Source: Eledone cirrhosa
Taxonomy: Eukaryota
Assembly: GCA_964016885.1 (NCBI GenBank)
Contig: OZ024741.1
Span: 186,310,001-186,374,000 of the forward strand
DNA length: 64,000 bases
Direction of reading: 5' to 3'
The notes beneath the pieces are model-generated. The model had not been told where the DNA came from. It saw nothing but the letters and a program-made list of their open reading frames with translations, and made no database searches. Shown one piece after another: positions 36,914-49,526 of the stretch. How positions within the stretch are numbered: position 1 is the first letter of the stretch; each line of letters begins with the position of its first letter. Position numbers and translations under genes: made by a program.

Positions 36914-37012
<99 letters not shown>

Positions 37013-37187
37013 CAAATACAGAGAATACCCACACAAATTCCGTAGTGCAGTGGATGTAATTGAACATATTAATTATGATTATCAATAAAATGAATACAAC
37101 TAATATCAACCAATCAATATTCAAATTAACTGATAAAATATCAAAAATAATATAGCTACATATGAAGTAGGGTTATCAATAAGATTA

Positions 37188-38615
37188 GTTTAGTTTGTTA
37201 GGTCCTTCCCTTCCACTTGGAATATTGGGCAGCAAACAAAGATCTCCATCCTCTGCGGTCTTCTTCAATAGTTTTGTCATCCCCTTTGCTCAGTTTTTCC
37301 GCAGCCAGATCCTTTAGGACTGACCACCTCCATGTTGTTAATGGTCGGCGACGTTTCCTTATTTAACTTGCTGGTTTCCAGTCAACGGAGAACGTTGCGT
37401 GTCTTGGTGATGCCATCTTAAAAACATGTCCAAGAAATCTCAGATGATCATTCAATTTAATGCTTAGTGGGTTCTGCTTTGTTTGAAAACATCTAGCTCA
37501 TGAGCACATCTTGCTCTCATCTTCCACTTTTCACTGGCATAGGTGGCAACTGGGATGACGAGAGAATTGTCGAAGCTATCTTGCTTTTTAGAGTCATCTG
37601 GCTAGATTGCCAAATGTTTCTAAGCCTCCTAAAGACAGAACCTGTTTTTGCAATTCTGCTCAGCACATCTTTCTCCGTGTTGTTCATGTTGGAAATGCAG
37701 CCACCCATGTAGGTGAACATTTCAACCTCATCTGCACGTGCGTTATTTACACGTGTTGATATTGTTTTCTTCCTTCACTGGCATGAGTCTTTTCTGAGCT
37801 GATTCTTAGTCCAATTTTAGCAGCATTACTTGTCAGGTTGTTGGTTAACATCTGCAGAGACTGTTCTGATTCGCTGAGAAGGTCAATGTCATCTGCAAAA
37901 TCCAGCTCAGTCAAACTAGAAATATTCTACCTGATTCCAAGATGCGACTCGTTTGTGGCCTTTCGCATCACAAAATCAGTTATAAGTAAGGACAGTAGAG
38001 AAGACAATATGCAGCCTGGCCGCACTCTTGAAACGATTTCGAAGTACTCTGTATGGCCACTTCTAGTTCTGATGCAGCAGTATGAATCCCTGTATAAAGT
38101 CTTGAAGATGCTGATAAGCTTTTGAGGAATTCCATAGATCTTGGCTATTTTCGAAACAGTGTCTCTGTGTCAAAGGCCTGTCAAAGGCTTCTTGAAATCA
38201 ATGAAGTTGATAAATATTTTTGTTGAACATCATGCTCTGTTCAATGATGTTCCTAAGGTTTATGATCTAGTCAATACAGGTTCTTCATCTTCTCAGATCC
38301 AGCCGGCATCTCACGAAATTTTGTGTCTAAGGTATCCCATAATCTATTAAGTAGGACTGAACAGAACCCCTTGCCAGAGATTGATAGGAGTTCTCCGAGT
38401 CATAAAAAACAGTCAAGACTGGAAAGGCACAAGGTCAAGATTATATCTAACCAGAGTTACTGGAGCAAGGAAATCGTGATATCGCGCAACAGATTATCTA
38501 CCTCTTCAACATAGTCTGGGATTCAGAAGATATGCCAGAAGATTGCAGAAAAGGAGTGATTGTCGAGTTAACAAAGAAGGGAGTTCATAGCAACTGTAAC
38601 AACTGGAGAGAGATC
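37188..38615 (-). mobile_element. RTE LINE, 5'-truncated with 5' inversion
   Basis: Minus-strand RT at 37188-38391 (LLSISGKGFCSVLLNRL.., DFADDI, FTYMG). Plus-strand segment at 38392-38615 (GKAQGQD..VWDSEDMPEDCRKGVIV..CNNWREI). The TSD atcaataagatta lies at 37175 and 38616. Confidence 0.88.
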
Positions 38616-39149
38616 ATCAATAAGATTAATACACCAAATATCAACCAATTGGCAATAAAAGTAACTGTTATCAATGTTTCGCCTACCTACCATATCAAAC
38701 AGAGCCAGTACCAGAATGCAAGGAGACAACAACACTCACGCATGCGCGTAAACCCTGGCAATCACACACAACCCACGCTTTAAAGACGACTACTAATGTT
38801 AACGACCTCTAAATGGCTGCGCCAATCTCGCGTGCGCGCGCTCAATTGGCAATATTTATTGACGTATTACATTCAGTCTGCCACCGACACTAGCAACAAA
38901 TGGCCATGTAGATTCTTTTCCGACAAATCTCCGAAAATCCTTCGCAATTCCCTGACGATGGATGTGAAATCTGAAATGTAGGGACCAATAAATCTAATCC
39001 ATGGTAATTTCATCTCAGGATTTCATTTCTTTTTACATTTCTCATCCTCTTTATCCTCTTTCTTCCTTCTGCCACCTGATTTTGTTACCCCAAAATTTAC
39101 CCATCTGCATTGTAGAGGCTTCTAAAGCGACCATACATATATATATATA

Positions 39150-40120
39150 TACAATATATTAATAAATGGAAACTATATTTATAAAACCATAATTATTTTA
39201 TTATATATATTTCAAGGGCGACCAAGGTAAATTATGGTGCGCTTTCATCAGATAAAATACAGATTTGTTTTATAAATAAATATTGACATACCCGGAAAAA
39301 AGACAACCTCAACGGTTGAAATTCGCTGGATAGTGGAGATAATTGAGGGTGATACAAAGTTGTAAGTGAGTATGCAAATGAGTGTCAGAAAAATTGAAAA
39401 AAACAACGGTTTATTTAAATTAAACTGTTGGAAGAAAATAGATGTAACAGGGAGAGAGACAAAAAATTGAGAGGGAGAGAGATAAAGAGAATAGATAAAG
39501 AGAATAGAAAGAAAGAGAGAGATAGAATAAAAAGAGAAAAGATTGAGAGAGAGTGAAGGAAAGAACAAAACATTGCGATGGATGGAGAAAGAAAAAATGT
39601 TGAAAAAATATTGGAAAAAGAGGGAGAAAAAGTAGTGAGAGGGAGAGAGAAGAAAGAGAAAGAGAAAGATGGGCGAGGTGAGAGAAGAAATACATTTATA
39701 TAGATGAGTAGTCATAATGTAAATATATTATTCGTTGTTATGTTGTGTTTATATTACTTATAAAGGTAAAGTTAAAAAATTAAGTTAAATTATTGATAAG
39801 AAAATTTTACAAAAGAGTTCTTAGATTTTAGTATACTATATTTTTAACTAAAATATAGTATACAATTGTAATGTTTAGTTAAAAATATAGTATACAATTG
39901 TAATGTCAAAACCAAAGATAATTCCTTCAACTATGTCGGCTCTACTTCGACAGACTTCAAATATCGTTTCAATAACCATAAATGTTCCTTTACGAATATT
40001 ACCAAGAAATCTTCAACTTCTCTATCCAACTTATTATGGAATTTAAAATCCAAGAATATAAACTACGCTTTATCTTGGAAAATTGTCTCCAAAGCACCAT
40101 GCTACACTGCTTTATCCAAT
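39150..40120. mobile_element. Penelope-like relic: inverted pLTR plus GIY-YIG fragment
   Basis: About 39875-40120 (+) reads LVKNIVYNCNVKTKDNSFNYVGSTSTDFKYRFNNHKCSF..TSLSNLLWNLK..WKIVSKAPCY. The inversion junction is near 39850 and there is an HHR in the left arm. Confidence 0.8.
39194..39259 (-). ncRNA. Minimal type I hammerhead
   Basis: tattttat CTGATGA aagcgcacc..ggtcgccctt GAAA tatata TA ataaaata. Confidence 0.78.
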
Positions 40121-42745
40121 AGGTCGCGTATAGGTCGCCCCGACAGATAGGTCACATACCCACTTTTCATTTAACAAATAGGTTTTTGCCATTGACTCGC
40201 AGATATGTCGCACTGAAATTTGGGCCGTCAAACTACTATTTTTTATGATAATTGAAACTAATAAACTGTTAGCTTTCCATTACTTCACCGTTGTGATATA
40301 TACCCCCAAACCATGTTTTATTTATAAAATAATCATTAACGTCATCGAAATCTCGTCAATTCGAGATTACTGCGAGATAAAGCCTTTAAGCGCGAAAATT
40401 AACTCTTAATATAGTGAAACAACTTGAAATAACACGTGTTTTTTAACGTTGAAAGTATAACAGATTTTTAGCGTATCAACATGGCTTCCCCAAGTAGCAA
40501 ATACCGACTTTGAAGGTTTTACATGCGACGACATTCGAAATGAAAAAGAAACACAAGATAATATTAGTGATTTATCTTCAAATGAATCAGACGTATTTAT
40601 TTCTGACGATGATAGTTACTTTGAAAGTGAAAGCGAAGATCTGACGGACACCATTGAAAATATTACAGCAACATGTTAAGGAACTTCTATATTAGGAACA
40701 CTCTGTTACGTAAATTTACACCGTACATTGTGTAAGAGTACATTGCAAATATTATTTTGACTGGTGAAAAGGTTTTATAAATTTTTTTCAATGAAAATAT
40801 TTGCCTGGAATGTAGAGAAAGACTAAAACCTTGTACTGATTATATCTGCATTTTTAATTAATTCACCTGTTCGGAAAACTGCTAGAATGGATGGAAGTCA
40901 ACATCTAGGTGATTATTGAATTTTTTTGCAACAAATCTAACAGGTAAGGTAGATAAAGTTTAAATGTTTGTGTTTATCCATAAATTTATTACTTTTACAC
41001 CTGTTAATTAAATAGTTTTTTCATTTCTTCATCTGTAACTGTGCATTCGTTATAATAGTCATTCAATTCATCTTCACATTCTTCAATATCATCTCCCTCA
41101 TCACTCTCTGCATTTTATGTCTTTTCACCAACTAAATCCTCATATAACACATCATCATTCCCCTTCTTCGCATTTGATATGCCACATTTTTTGAAAGCCT
41201 TGATTATTAGCTCTTCAGGGATACTTTCCCAAGCCTCCTTCACCCACTCCACCCCTAATCTCAAGCCAGGTCTTTTCAATGATCCACCTTTGGTAATTTC
41301 TTTTTTACCTGATATCATCTAAGAAGTCCAGAATTTACTGCCACATCAAGAGGTTGTAAGACTGAGATGCAACCACCAGGAATCACTGCTTGTCTTGTTT
41401 TACAATCCTTCAGCTTAGCCTTTACAGATTCACAGCAGTGAGATCGAAACATATCCCAAACTAGCAAACTTCGTGGCTTCAGTAATGCCCCTGGACTTTT
41501 TATCCAAACTTCATCAAGCCATAACTTTGTTAAGTTCTCGTCCATCCAGCCCTTCGGATATAACTTCACAATCACATCGCTTGGAAAATTCTCTTTCGGC
41601 ATAATTTTCCTTTTGAAAATAACCATAGGGCGAAGTTTTTCCCCATCAGCCTGATATGCTAGAACAACAGTAAAATGTTATTTTTCATGACCTGTGGTGT
41701 TGACTGTAACAGTTTTGTTACCTACACTATCCACAGTTGTGTTGCCTGGCATGTCAAAGTACATGGGTGTTACATCCATGTTGGCTATATTCTCCATGGC
41801 AAAATAAAATATTTTTATTTCCTTTAACACAAATTTTACAAAATTGTGTACTTTGTCATCAATATCTTTTGGCAGCTTTTGTGCAATATGTGTCTTTTGG
41901 CGAAGAGTCAGTCCAAACCTATTCATAAACCTGGTGCACCACCCTGCTGACGATTTAAATTGGGATAAGTGGTACTTTGGTGCAAGTTGAAGAGCTTTCG
42001 TTCTCATAGAAAGTCTTGTGACAATGTGTCCATTTTCCCTGATATCTAAAACCCAATCATTTAGCTCTTCTTCAAGATCTTGATATGGTGATACTCCAAA
42101 TCTTGCTGCTCTCTTTTATTTAGGAATTTCTCCCAGCTTGTCTTTTTGTTTCCTCCAACCTCTCACCACCTTTTCTGACACCCCAAACTCCCTTTCTGCT
42201 GATCTATTTCCAAATTCTTCTGCATAACCAAACACCTTTTACTTGAAAACTGTTTGATAACTTTTTCTCTTACCGGAATTCATATTTCTCAGTGAATTAT
42301 AAACAAAAATTCAACTATCAACTTTTCTCACTTGCTAATTTTGAAAAGAAACGCCACATGCAATAATCTGTCTACTGTTAAAGTAAATACGTCACAATAC
42401 GTGTTCATAGCAACGCTAAGACGATGAAATCACATTTTAAATACCGGGTATGCATTTCTATGGATTCTAATGACGGATGGTTCCGTCATATAGAAAGAAA
42501 TGTAAACACTACGAAGTTTTAGTAAAAAATTTAAAATCAAGAAATATATGTATAAGAAATATATGTATGAAATTATTATGTTAAATAATAAAAAATATTA
42601 ACAAAGTTATTTTTATAAATACCCATCGTTGATTAAGTCTATGAAAAATCATTGGTTAGTCTGATGTCGATCGGATAGGTCGTACCCCCAAAATGTATGC
42701 TTATTTATCGTTAAAAAAAGTACGACCTATACGCGAGTATATATT
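40121..42745 (-). mobile_element. pogo/Tc2 (POGK-like) DNA transposon
   Basis: TIR cores cgcgtataggtcg (40126) and cgacctatacgcg (42723) enclose a transposase pseudogene. Confidence 0.88.
41006..42283 (-). pseudogene. pogo-family DDE transposase (Brinker-type DBD, Tc5/CENP-B HTH, DDE_1), with stops
   Basis: MNSGKRKSYQTVFK*KV..AEREFGVSEKVVRGWRKQ, SSAGWCTRFMNR, NMDVTPMYFD, KGWMDE, LLVWDMFRSH, LQPLDVAVN, KAFKKCGISN, and an acidic tail. Confidence 0.92.
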
Positions 42746-42850
42746 TTCAACAGTAATACTATACTATATATTTTCAACAGTAATACTATACTATATATTT
42801 TCAACAGTAATACTATACTATACTATATGTATTCAACAGTCATACTATAG
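42738..42850. repeat. 27-bp tandem repeat (~4 copies)
   Basis: tatatattttcaacagtaatactatac repeated. Confidence 0.85.
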
Positions 42851-42852
42851 TA

Positions 42853-42900
42853 CACAGACGGCTTATCGTCCGTTTATCCAAGGAAAGCTAGGTACGTCAG

Positions 42901-42964
<64 letters not shown>

Positions 42965-43756
42965 ATGCCGAAGAACACGCCAATGATAGCCTTGCGCCTG
43001 CCGGAAGGGCCAGCTAGTATATTAATAAAGCTGACGGCCATATCTATGTATGTATCTATGTATGTAACAAACCTTTGACCAAACTGCACCAAATTTGCAC
43101 CATAGATGTAACTTTTCCAAGGAAAAAGTCATGGTATTTATGTCTACTAAATTTCGTTATTCTTGATTAAAGATATTTTATTGTTTATCTAAAGATTCAC
43201 TTCTTTAAAAGTTTCAAATGTCAACACTTCCGGTTAGCGATCGCTTAAATAAACATTCATATATTTTGCAGTTTATATATAATAGCGTCTTTTTTTCAAA
43301 TGTATCATGGATTAAATTTCTGTGTATATTGTCAATCTCTATCTATATTAATAAAGCTGAAGGCTGTATGTAAAGTGAGGAGTACATTACTGGTACTTTA
43401 TTACATATAATATATATAATACGGCATTCCTCTCTCTTTCTTACTCTGTCTTTTTAGATAGATACATAGCATTAACCTTGCGCGCTTATAATATCTGTCT
43501 GTATGTCTGGCTGTCTGCATTGACTTCGCTTATAACCAACTTTTAATTAATTATACATATATATATATATAATTATATATTCGTGTACAGATAGTTTTGC
43601 ATACACAAACACATAATACATCGGAAAACAGAACTACAAAAGCAAAATCTAAACATTGTATTTATTTCGTTGACTACGCAGCGATTTATTAACATTTAGT
43701 TCGACTATACAAAAGCACAGACGGCTTATCGTCTGTTTATCCAAGCGAAGCTAGGT

Positions 43757-43762
<6 letters not shown>
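42853..43762 (+). mobile_element. Cluster of non-autonomous Helitron-like pieces
   Basis: 5'-type starts tatattaataaagctga at 43018 and about 43345. 3'-type ends ccaag(g/c)gaagctaggtacgt at about 42878 and 43741. A hairpin plus CTAG|T lies at 43014. Confidence 0.6.
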
Positions 43763-43841
<79 letters not shown>

Positions 43842-43847
<6 letters not shown>

Positions 43848-44907
43848 AAATGGGGAGACGAATACTACTGCATGGTTGCACATGAATAACATGTTATAAA
43901 ATGAGTCCCTCATCAGTGATTTACCAACGGTCACTGGTATTTCATTGCATTAAAAATCATATACCTCACGTTGGCGCAATAATAACTAAAATAAGTTATT
44001 AGGACAATTAAAACGCGTAAAGCGAGTGAGACAAGTAAACAACACAGAGGAAAGCTAACCAAAGATAGGAAAGACACAAGCTACATAGTTATTCTATCAG
44101 TATAAGCTGGGTGAATATATGAGCGAGTAAAAAATAGACCTTTCGAGATGAATCCAATGTAAGAAAGAAGGAAAATCGTTAACATCGCGAACGGGATGAA
44201 GTGAGAAGGGGAGAAACAGTGAGTGAGTGAGTAGAAGTGTGAGGAAGAGGTCAGTAGAGAGAACGTGTTAACTGACATGACAGAGGGGACGAAAGAAAGT
44301 AAGAGAAACAGAGAGAACGAGGGAGCAGTAAGAGAGAGAGAGAGAGAGAAAAACAGAATCGCAGTTTAGGTAAATATATGTGAAAAAAATGGGGAGAAGA
44401 ATACTACTGCATGGTTGCACATGGATAACATGTTATAAAATGAGTCCCTCATCAGTGATTTACTAACGGTCACAGGTATTTCATTGCATTAAAAATCATA
44501 TACCTCACGTTAGCGCAATAATAACTAAAATAAGTTATTAGGACAATTAAAACGCGTAAAGCGAGTGAGACAAGTAAACAACACAGAGGAAAGCTAACCA
44601 AAGATAGGAAAGACACAAGCTACATAGTTATTCTATCAGTATAAGCTGGGTGAATATATGAGCGAGTAGAAAATAGACCTTTCGAGATGAATCCAATGTA
44701 AGAAAGAAGGAAAATCGTTAACATCGCGAACGGGGTGAAGTGAAAAGGGGAGAAACAGTGAGTGAGTGAGTAGAAGTGTGAGGAAGAGGTCAGTAGAGAG
44801 AAAGTGCTAACTGACATGACGGAGGGGACGAAAGAAAGTAAGAGAAACAGAGAGAACGAGGGAGCAGTAAGAGAGAGAGAGAGAAAAACAGAATCGCAGT
44901 TTAGGTA
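43842..44907 (-). repeat. Tandem dimer of a ~539-bp non-coding unit in (TA)n
   Basis: 43842-44380 matches 44381-44907 and is homologous to the 1560-2196 unit. Confidence 0.9.
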
Positions 44908-44924
44908 AATAATATATATATATA

Positions 44925-46140
44925 TATGGATGCCATAGAACACGCCAACGGTGGATTTATTGAATGAAATCGATGGAGCTGGCCTTTCTCATATTTCCAT
45001 GTAGGCAGCATACAGATTAGCACGACCAATCTCACTAAACAACTCAATGCCCCCTTTGAACTTTTGACTCACGTGCGTGCAACCACATTTTAACTGAAGC
45101 CAGTCACTATCATTCATGATTGACCCCTCATAACTTGATTGGTTAATCGATTTATATGCGTCACTCTCCTCCGAATAACACCTATATAAAGAGAAAACAT
45201 GACCCTGTTCGAACAATCATTGTTACTGCTGATATGCCACCCAAAATGTCCCGGCCTGGCTGCAAGATCCGATTTTCCAGAAGAAAAAAATGTTACTAGA
45301 GCAGCAGAGTCTGAAGATGATCAGGAACGTCTCCTTCAGCAGATGAGGACTCATGAAAGAGCCAGTCGAGCAGGTCAGTGTCAAGAGGAGCGCCAGTCTC
45401 GCCTTCAGCAGATGAGGCCTCATGCGACAGCCATTCCATCAACTCAGCCTCAAGAGCAGCGCCAGTCTCGCCTTCAGCAACTGAGGACCCATGCGAGAGC
45501 CATTCGATCAGCCCAGTCTCAAGAGCACCGAGTCACCACAAGAGCTTTCCCCCCTTAGCTCCGTAGTCGGAAGATAGTGCAGGAACGTACCTCTTATTGG
45601 AAACCACACCCTTGCCACTAGCATTTCATCCAGATTTACATAGAAAGAAGAGATGGGCATGTTTACTGGAGGGGGAAATATAGGTCAGTGAGGATCATGC
45701 TGGTAACAACGTGGTGCATGAAGACAATCAAGCAGCGTGTTGATGCATTCAGCCGAAATCACCACTATATTCCTTGCTACGTTAATTGCCAGTACATTAA
45801 ACTTGCCGATCTTTTAGAAAGCCCTCACAACCAGTGCGATGATAGCAGGATTGTGACAAAACTAATGGTCCAACACCATAGTTGTAACTTTAACCCCGGA
45901 ATTGAGTGATTATGGTCGTTGAGCATTCCAGTGGTGGTGGTATTTTTCACGCGTCAGAAATGAGTCACCACGACCCCCCACCCCATCCCACACACACACA
46001 TACTTGATACGTACTCGGAACGACAATGCGACTTGAGAGGGAGTGCCGTATCTTTGCACTGAAGTGGAGGGGGGGGGGGGCTTCGTGAGAAGTTAAAATT
46101 CCGGTATACCTAGCCGAAACCACCCAGACGGGCCACCTAG
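44925..46140 (+). mobile_element. Internally deleted Helitron retaining N-terminal STPR-like repeats
   Basis: MPPKMSRPG..(frameshift) is followed by 23-aa repeats (QEERQSRLQQMR..) at 45233-45540. It ends acgggccacCTAG|T, and its 5' end is shared with the mini element at 42960. Confidence 0.7.
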
Positions 46141-46332
46141 TTGTTTATATATATATATATAAATATATATTGTTATACTTTGGGAGGGTCATGTTGCCAA
46201 TAAGAAACACACGCACCAGATGCTTTCACTTCAATTTATTATATATTTATAAATTTATAAATTTACAAATCTACAAATTTATAAATTTCTGGTTGGTTGG
46301 TTGGTTCCACAACCAGATAGTTGTTTATATAT

Positions 46333-46377
46333 AGTCATAGTCCTTTCGTCACACACTCTGTGACCTCTTCAGTGACT
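46333..46377 (-). ncRNA. pLTR hammerhead (inverted arm)
   Basis: Reverse complement of 49220-49264. Confidence 0.8.
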
Positions 46378-46944
46378 GGGGATTCCTTTCTTTGTTTCTG
46401 TGCCTTTCCTTTCTTCTGTCCTACGCCATTTTGTTTCTGTGTGTGTGTTGTGTGCTCAGTTTGCGCCTGCGCCACATCCGGGTGGCTGTCTGTGTGTGTG
46501 TTCATTTATCTATTTGTTTATTTATTTACATGTTATTGGTCTGTTGTTTGTTCTATGTGTGTGTGTGTTTTCATTTTGTCCTTAATTGTAAGTTGTGATG
46601 TTGCTGTTCCACTCATATTTTCTATTTAATTTTGGTTGTAATTCTTTTATGTTTATTGCCTCTTTAATTTGTCTAAACATTGCATCTTTTCTGTGTGTAG
46701 ATTCTATTTTTATTTCTATGTTCTCTAATTTACCCTTGTTTTCTATCTTAGTATGTTGGTAGAGTACAGATGATTCTTTATTATCTTGAAGGTCTCGCCA
46801 GTGTTCATTTATCCGTTCCCCTATACTACGAGCTGTCTCACCTATGTACACTATATTTTTGTTTCTACATTGTCCTTCAGTACATCTTATGCTATACACT
46901 ACATTTCTAGTTTTACAGTTAATATGGGGGCTTATTTTACAGCC

Positions 46945-49015
46945 TGCCAAACTACATCCAGGCAATGCAACCCCACATCACTAACACAAAAGAGGTAACA
47001 CCACAGAAGCATGAGGATAGAGAAAAAGCCCTCAATGCCCATATGGTGATGTGGACGAATATAATGCAGCCCAACAAAAGGACTGCCAACAACTTCCAGG
47101 CCTGGAACAATGACGTGCCGGCGTTGTATAGGCTTCGAAAAGACCATAAAACGGGCTGTGACCCTGTCGCGGGACCACCAACACGGCCAGTCTGTGGAGC
47201 TAACATTGCTAGTAACTACAGACTGTCCTACTTCCTCTCCCTGATCATACGCCCCATCATTGAGATGTCCCCAGATGTATGTGACAGCACGGAGGACCTC
47301 CTCAGCAGAATCGGCGTGAGTAACCGATCTGGGGACCTAACAAACTGCATAATAGGCAGTATGGATGTTGTGTCCCTGTATTCATCTATTGACGTGGATT
47401 TTGCTGTGGAGAAATGCGTAGAAATGATCAGCGAGGGCAAGGTTGAGTTCCGTGGGATTGATACCAGTGAGCTGGGACTTCTACTTAAGCCTACCCATAG
47501 TAATAGTTACCTAGACACATATGACCTTAGCAACCTGTGCCCTACAAGACCAGCAAGAGGCAGACCACCTACCATTACCTCAATGGCCAAGAAAACCCAC
47601 ACAGATAGATGGAACGGGTGGACCAGAGCCATACGGACACCCGAAAACCACGATGAACTGAAGAAAATGATTGCACATGCGGTAGAGGCCAGCATAAAAT
47701 TAACCCTTACGGAACATATATTCAAATTTAATGGAAAGACATATGCCCAAGAGGAAGGCGCAGCCATTGGTGTTAGCATTGCAGGCGACATAGCTAACTT
47801 CTTCATGGTATGGTGGGACAGTAGACTTAAACTTAAACTTAAAGAACAATTAGAAGACAGCTTAACCCTGATAATGTACTCCCGCTACGTAGATGATATA
47901 AACATCGTAGTTAAGACACCCCCACTAGAGAACAGTCAGGAACTCGAGAAAAGCGCAATGGAAAGCATCCAGCAAATAGCAAACTCCATCCACGAGAGCA
48001 TTAGAGTTACTATAGACTACCCAAGTAGACACCCCAACCATCGATTACCTGTACTAGACACAGAACTCTGGTCAGATACCATTAACAACCAAAAACAAAT
48101 CCTCCATTCCCATTATGCCAAACCCATTACTTCCAAACATCTGATCCACCGAAACTCGGCCATTTCGGACCATACCAAAATCAACATACTGATTGCGGAT
48201 TTGGTACGGGTCATGAGAAATGTGTCCCGCATGTGCAACCCCGAAGAACTAGAGAGACACATACAACACTTCATCCACCGTATGCAGTTCTCTGGCTACA
48301 ATCAGAGAAATAGAATCAGAGTGTATAGAGGAGCCAGAACCAAATGGGAAAAAATGGTAAATAATGACATAAATGGGACCTGCCCCTTGTATAGGAGCAA
48401 ATTTTGAAATGAATAGAAAGAACTAGGAACAAGGCCAATAGAATAAACTCATGGTAGGATAGCAATAAATACCAGAGTGTAATGTTCATCGATACAACCC
48501 ATAGAGGCGAACTAGCCTACAAATTTAGAAGGGCCCTAAATAAACATAAACTCAATATTAAGATAGTAGAAAGACCAATTACCTCCGTAAAAACACTTAT
48601 TAGCAAGACATACCCGTTCCAAAGACCCTCATGTATAGATAAGAAATGTATAACCTGTAAAATAAGCCCCCATATTAACTGTAAAACTAGAAATGTAGTG
48701 TATAGCATAAGATGTACTGAAGGACAATGTAGAAACAAAAATATAGTGTACATAGGTGAGACAGCTCGTAGTATACGGGAACGGATAAATGAACACTGGC
48801 GAGACATTCAAGATAATAAAGAATCATCTGTACTCTACCAACATGCTAAGATAGAACACAAGGGTAAATTAGAGAACATAGAAATAAAAATAGAATCTAC
48901 ACACAGAAAAGATGCAATGTTTAGACAAATTACAGAGGCAATAAACATAAAAGAATTACAACCAAAATTAAATAGAAAATATGAGTGGAACAGCAACATC
49001 ACAACTTACAATTAA
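46945..49015 (+). pseudogene. PLE reverse transcriptase + Cys-linker + GIY-YIG endonuclease
   Basis: Motifs include RPVCGAN, GSMDVVSLY, GAAIGVSIAGDIANFFM, YSRYVDDI, LPVLD, CIDKKCITC and NVVYSIRC..YIGETARSIRERINEH. A TGA, a frameshift and a TAG cluster at 48405-48457. Confidence 0.93.
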
Positions 49016-49115
49016 GGACAAAATGAAAACACACACACACATAGAACAAACAACCAACCAATAACATGTAAATAAATAAACAAATAGATAAATGAACACA
49101 AACACAGACAGCCAC

Positions 49116-49173
49116 CCGGATGTGGCGCATGCGCAAACTGAGCACACAACACACACACAGAAACAAAATGGCG
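49116..49173 (+). promoter_or_regulatory. Putative pLTR promoter motifs (ETS-like, NRF1-like, YY1-like)
   Basis: ccggatgt at 49116, gcgcatgcgc at 49125 and aaaatggcg at 49165. ccggatgt and aagatgg are retained in the diverged copy near 58950-59016. Confidence 0.4.
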
Positions 49174-49219
49174 TAGGACAGAAGAAAGGAAAGGCACAGA
49201 AACAAAGAAAGGAATCCCC

Positions 49220-49264
49220 AGTCACTGAAGAGGTCACAGAGTGTGTGACGAAAGGACTATGACT
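49220..49264 (+). ncRNA. pLTR minimal type I hammerhead
   Basis: agtca CTGAAGA g gtcac agagtgt gtgac GAAA ggac TA tgact. Confidence 0.8.
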
Positions 49265-49484
49265 ATATATAAACAACTATCTGGTTGTGGAACCAACCAA
49301 CCAACCAGAAATTTATAAATTTGTAGATTTGTAAATTTATAAATTTATAAATATATAATAAATTGAAGTGAAAGCAACTGGTGCGTGTGTTTCTTATTGG
49401 CAACATGACCCACCCAAAGTATAACAATATCGGTTTCAACACACGATTTCAGATAAAGAACCTTGCTAAACAAATTCAGAAACG

Positions 49485-49521
<37 letters not shown>

Positions 49522-49526
<5 letters not shown>

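Larger units (their letters stand above)
46167..49487 (+). mobile_element. Penelope-like element, 5'-truncated, with inverted pseudo-LTR
   Basis: 46167-46942 is the reverse complement of 48655-49430. It encodes RT + GIY-YIG, has a 57-bp tail only on the right, and has (TA)n flanks. Confidence 0.95.

Noticed and set aside
38735-38860. CpG-rich patch with CCAAT and aaatggc motifs as a host promoter
   Set aside because: It is short, has no linked exon, and cannot be distinguished from a TE fragment without expression data.
48405-48407. In-frame TGA as selenocysteine or readthrough in the PLE ORF
   Set aside because: It falls where Trp is plausible (TGG>TGA) and is followed within 50 bp by a frameshift and a TAG, so ordinary decay is more likely.
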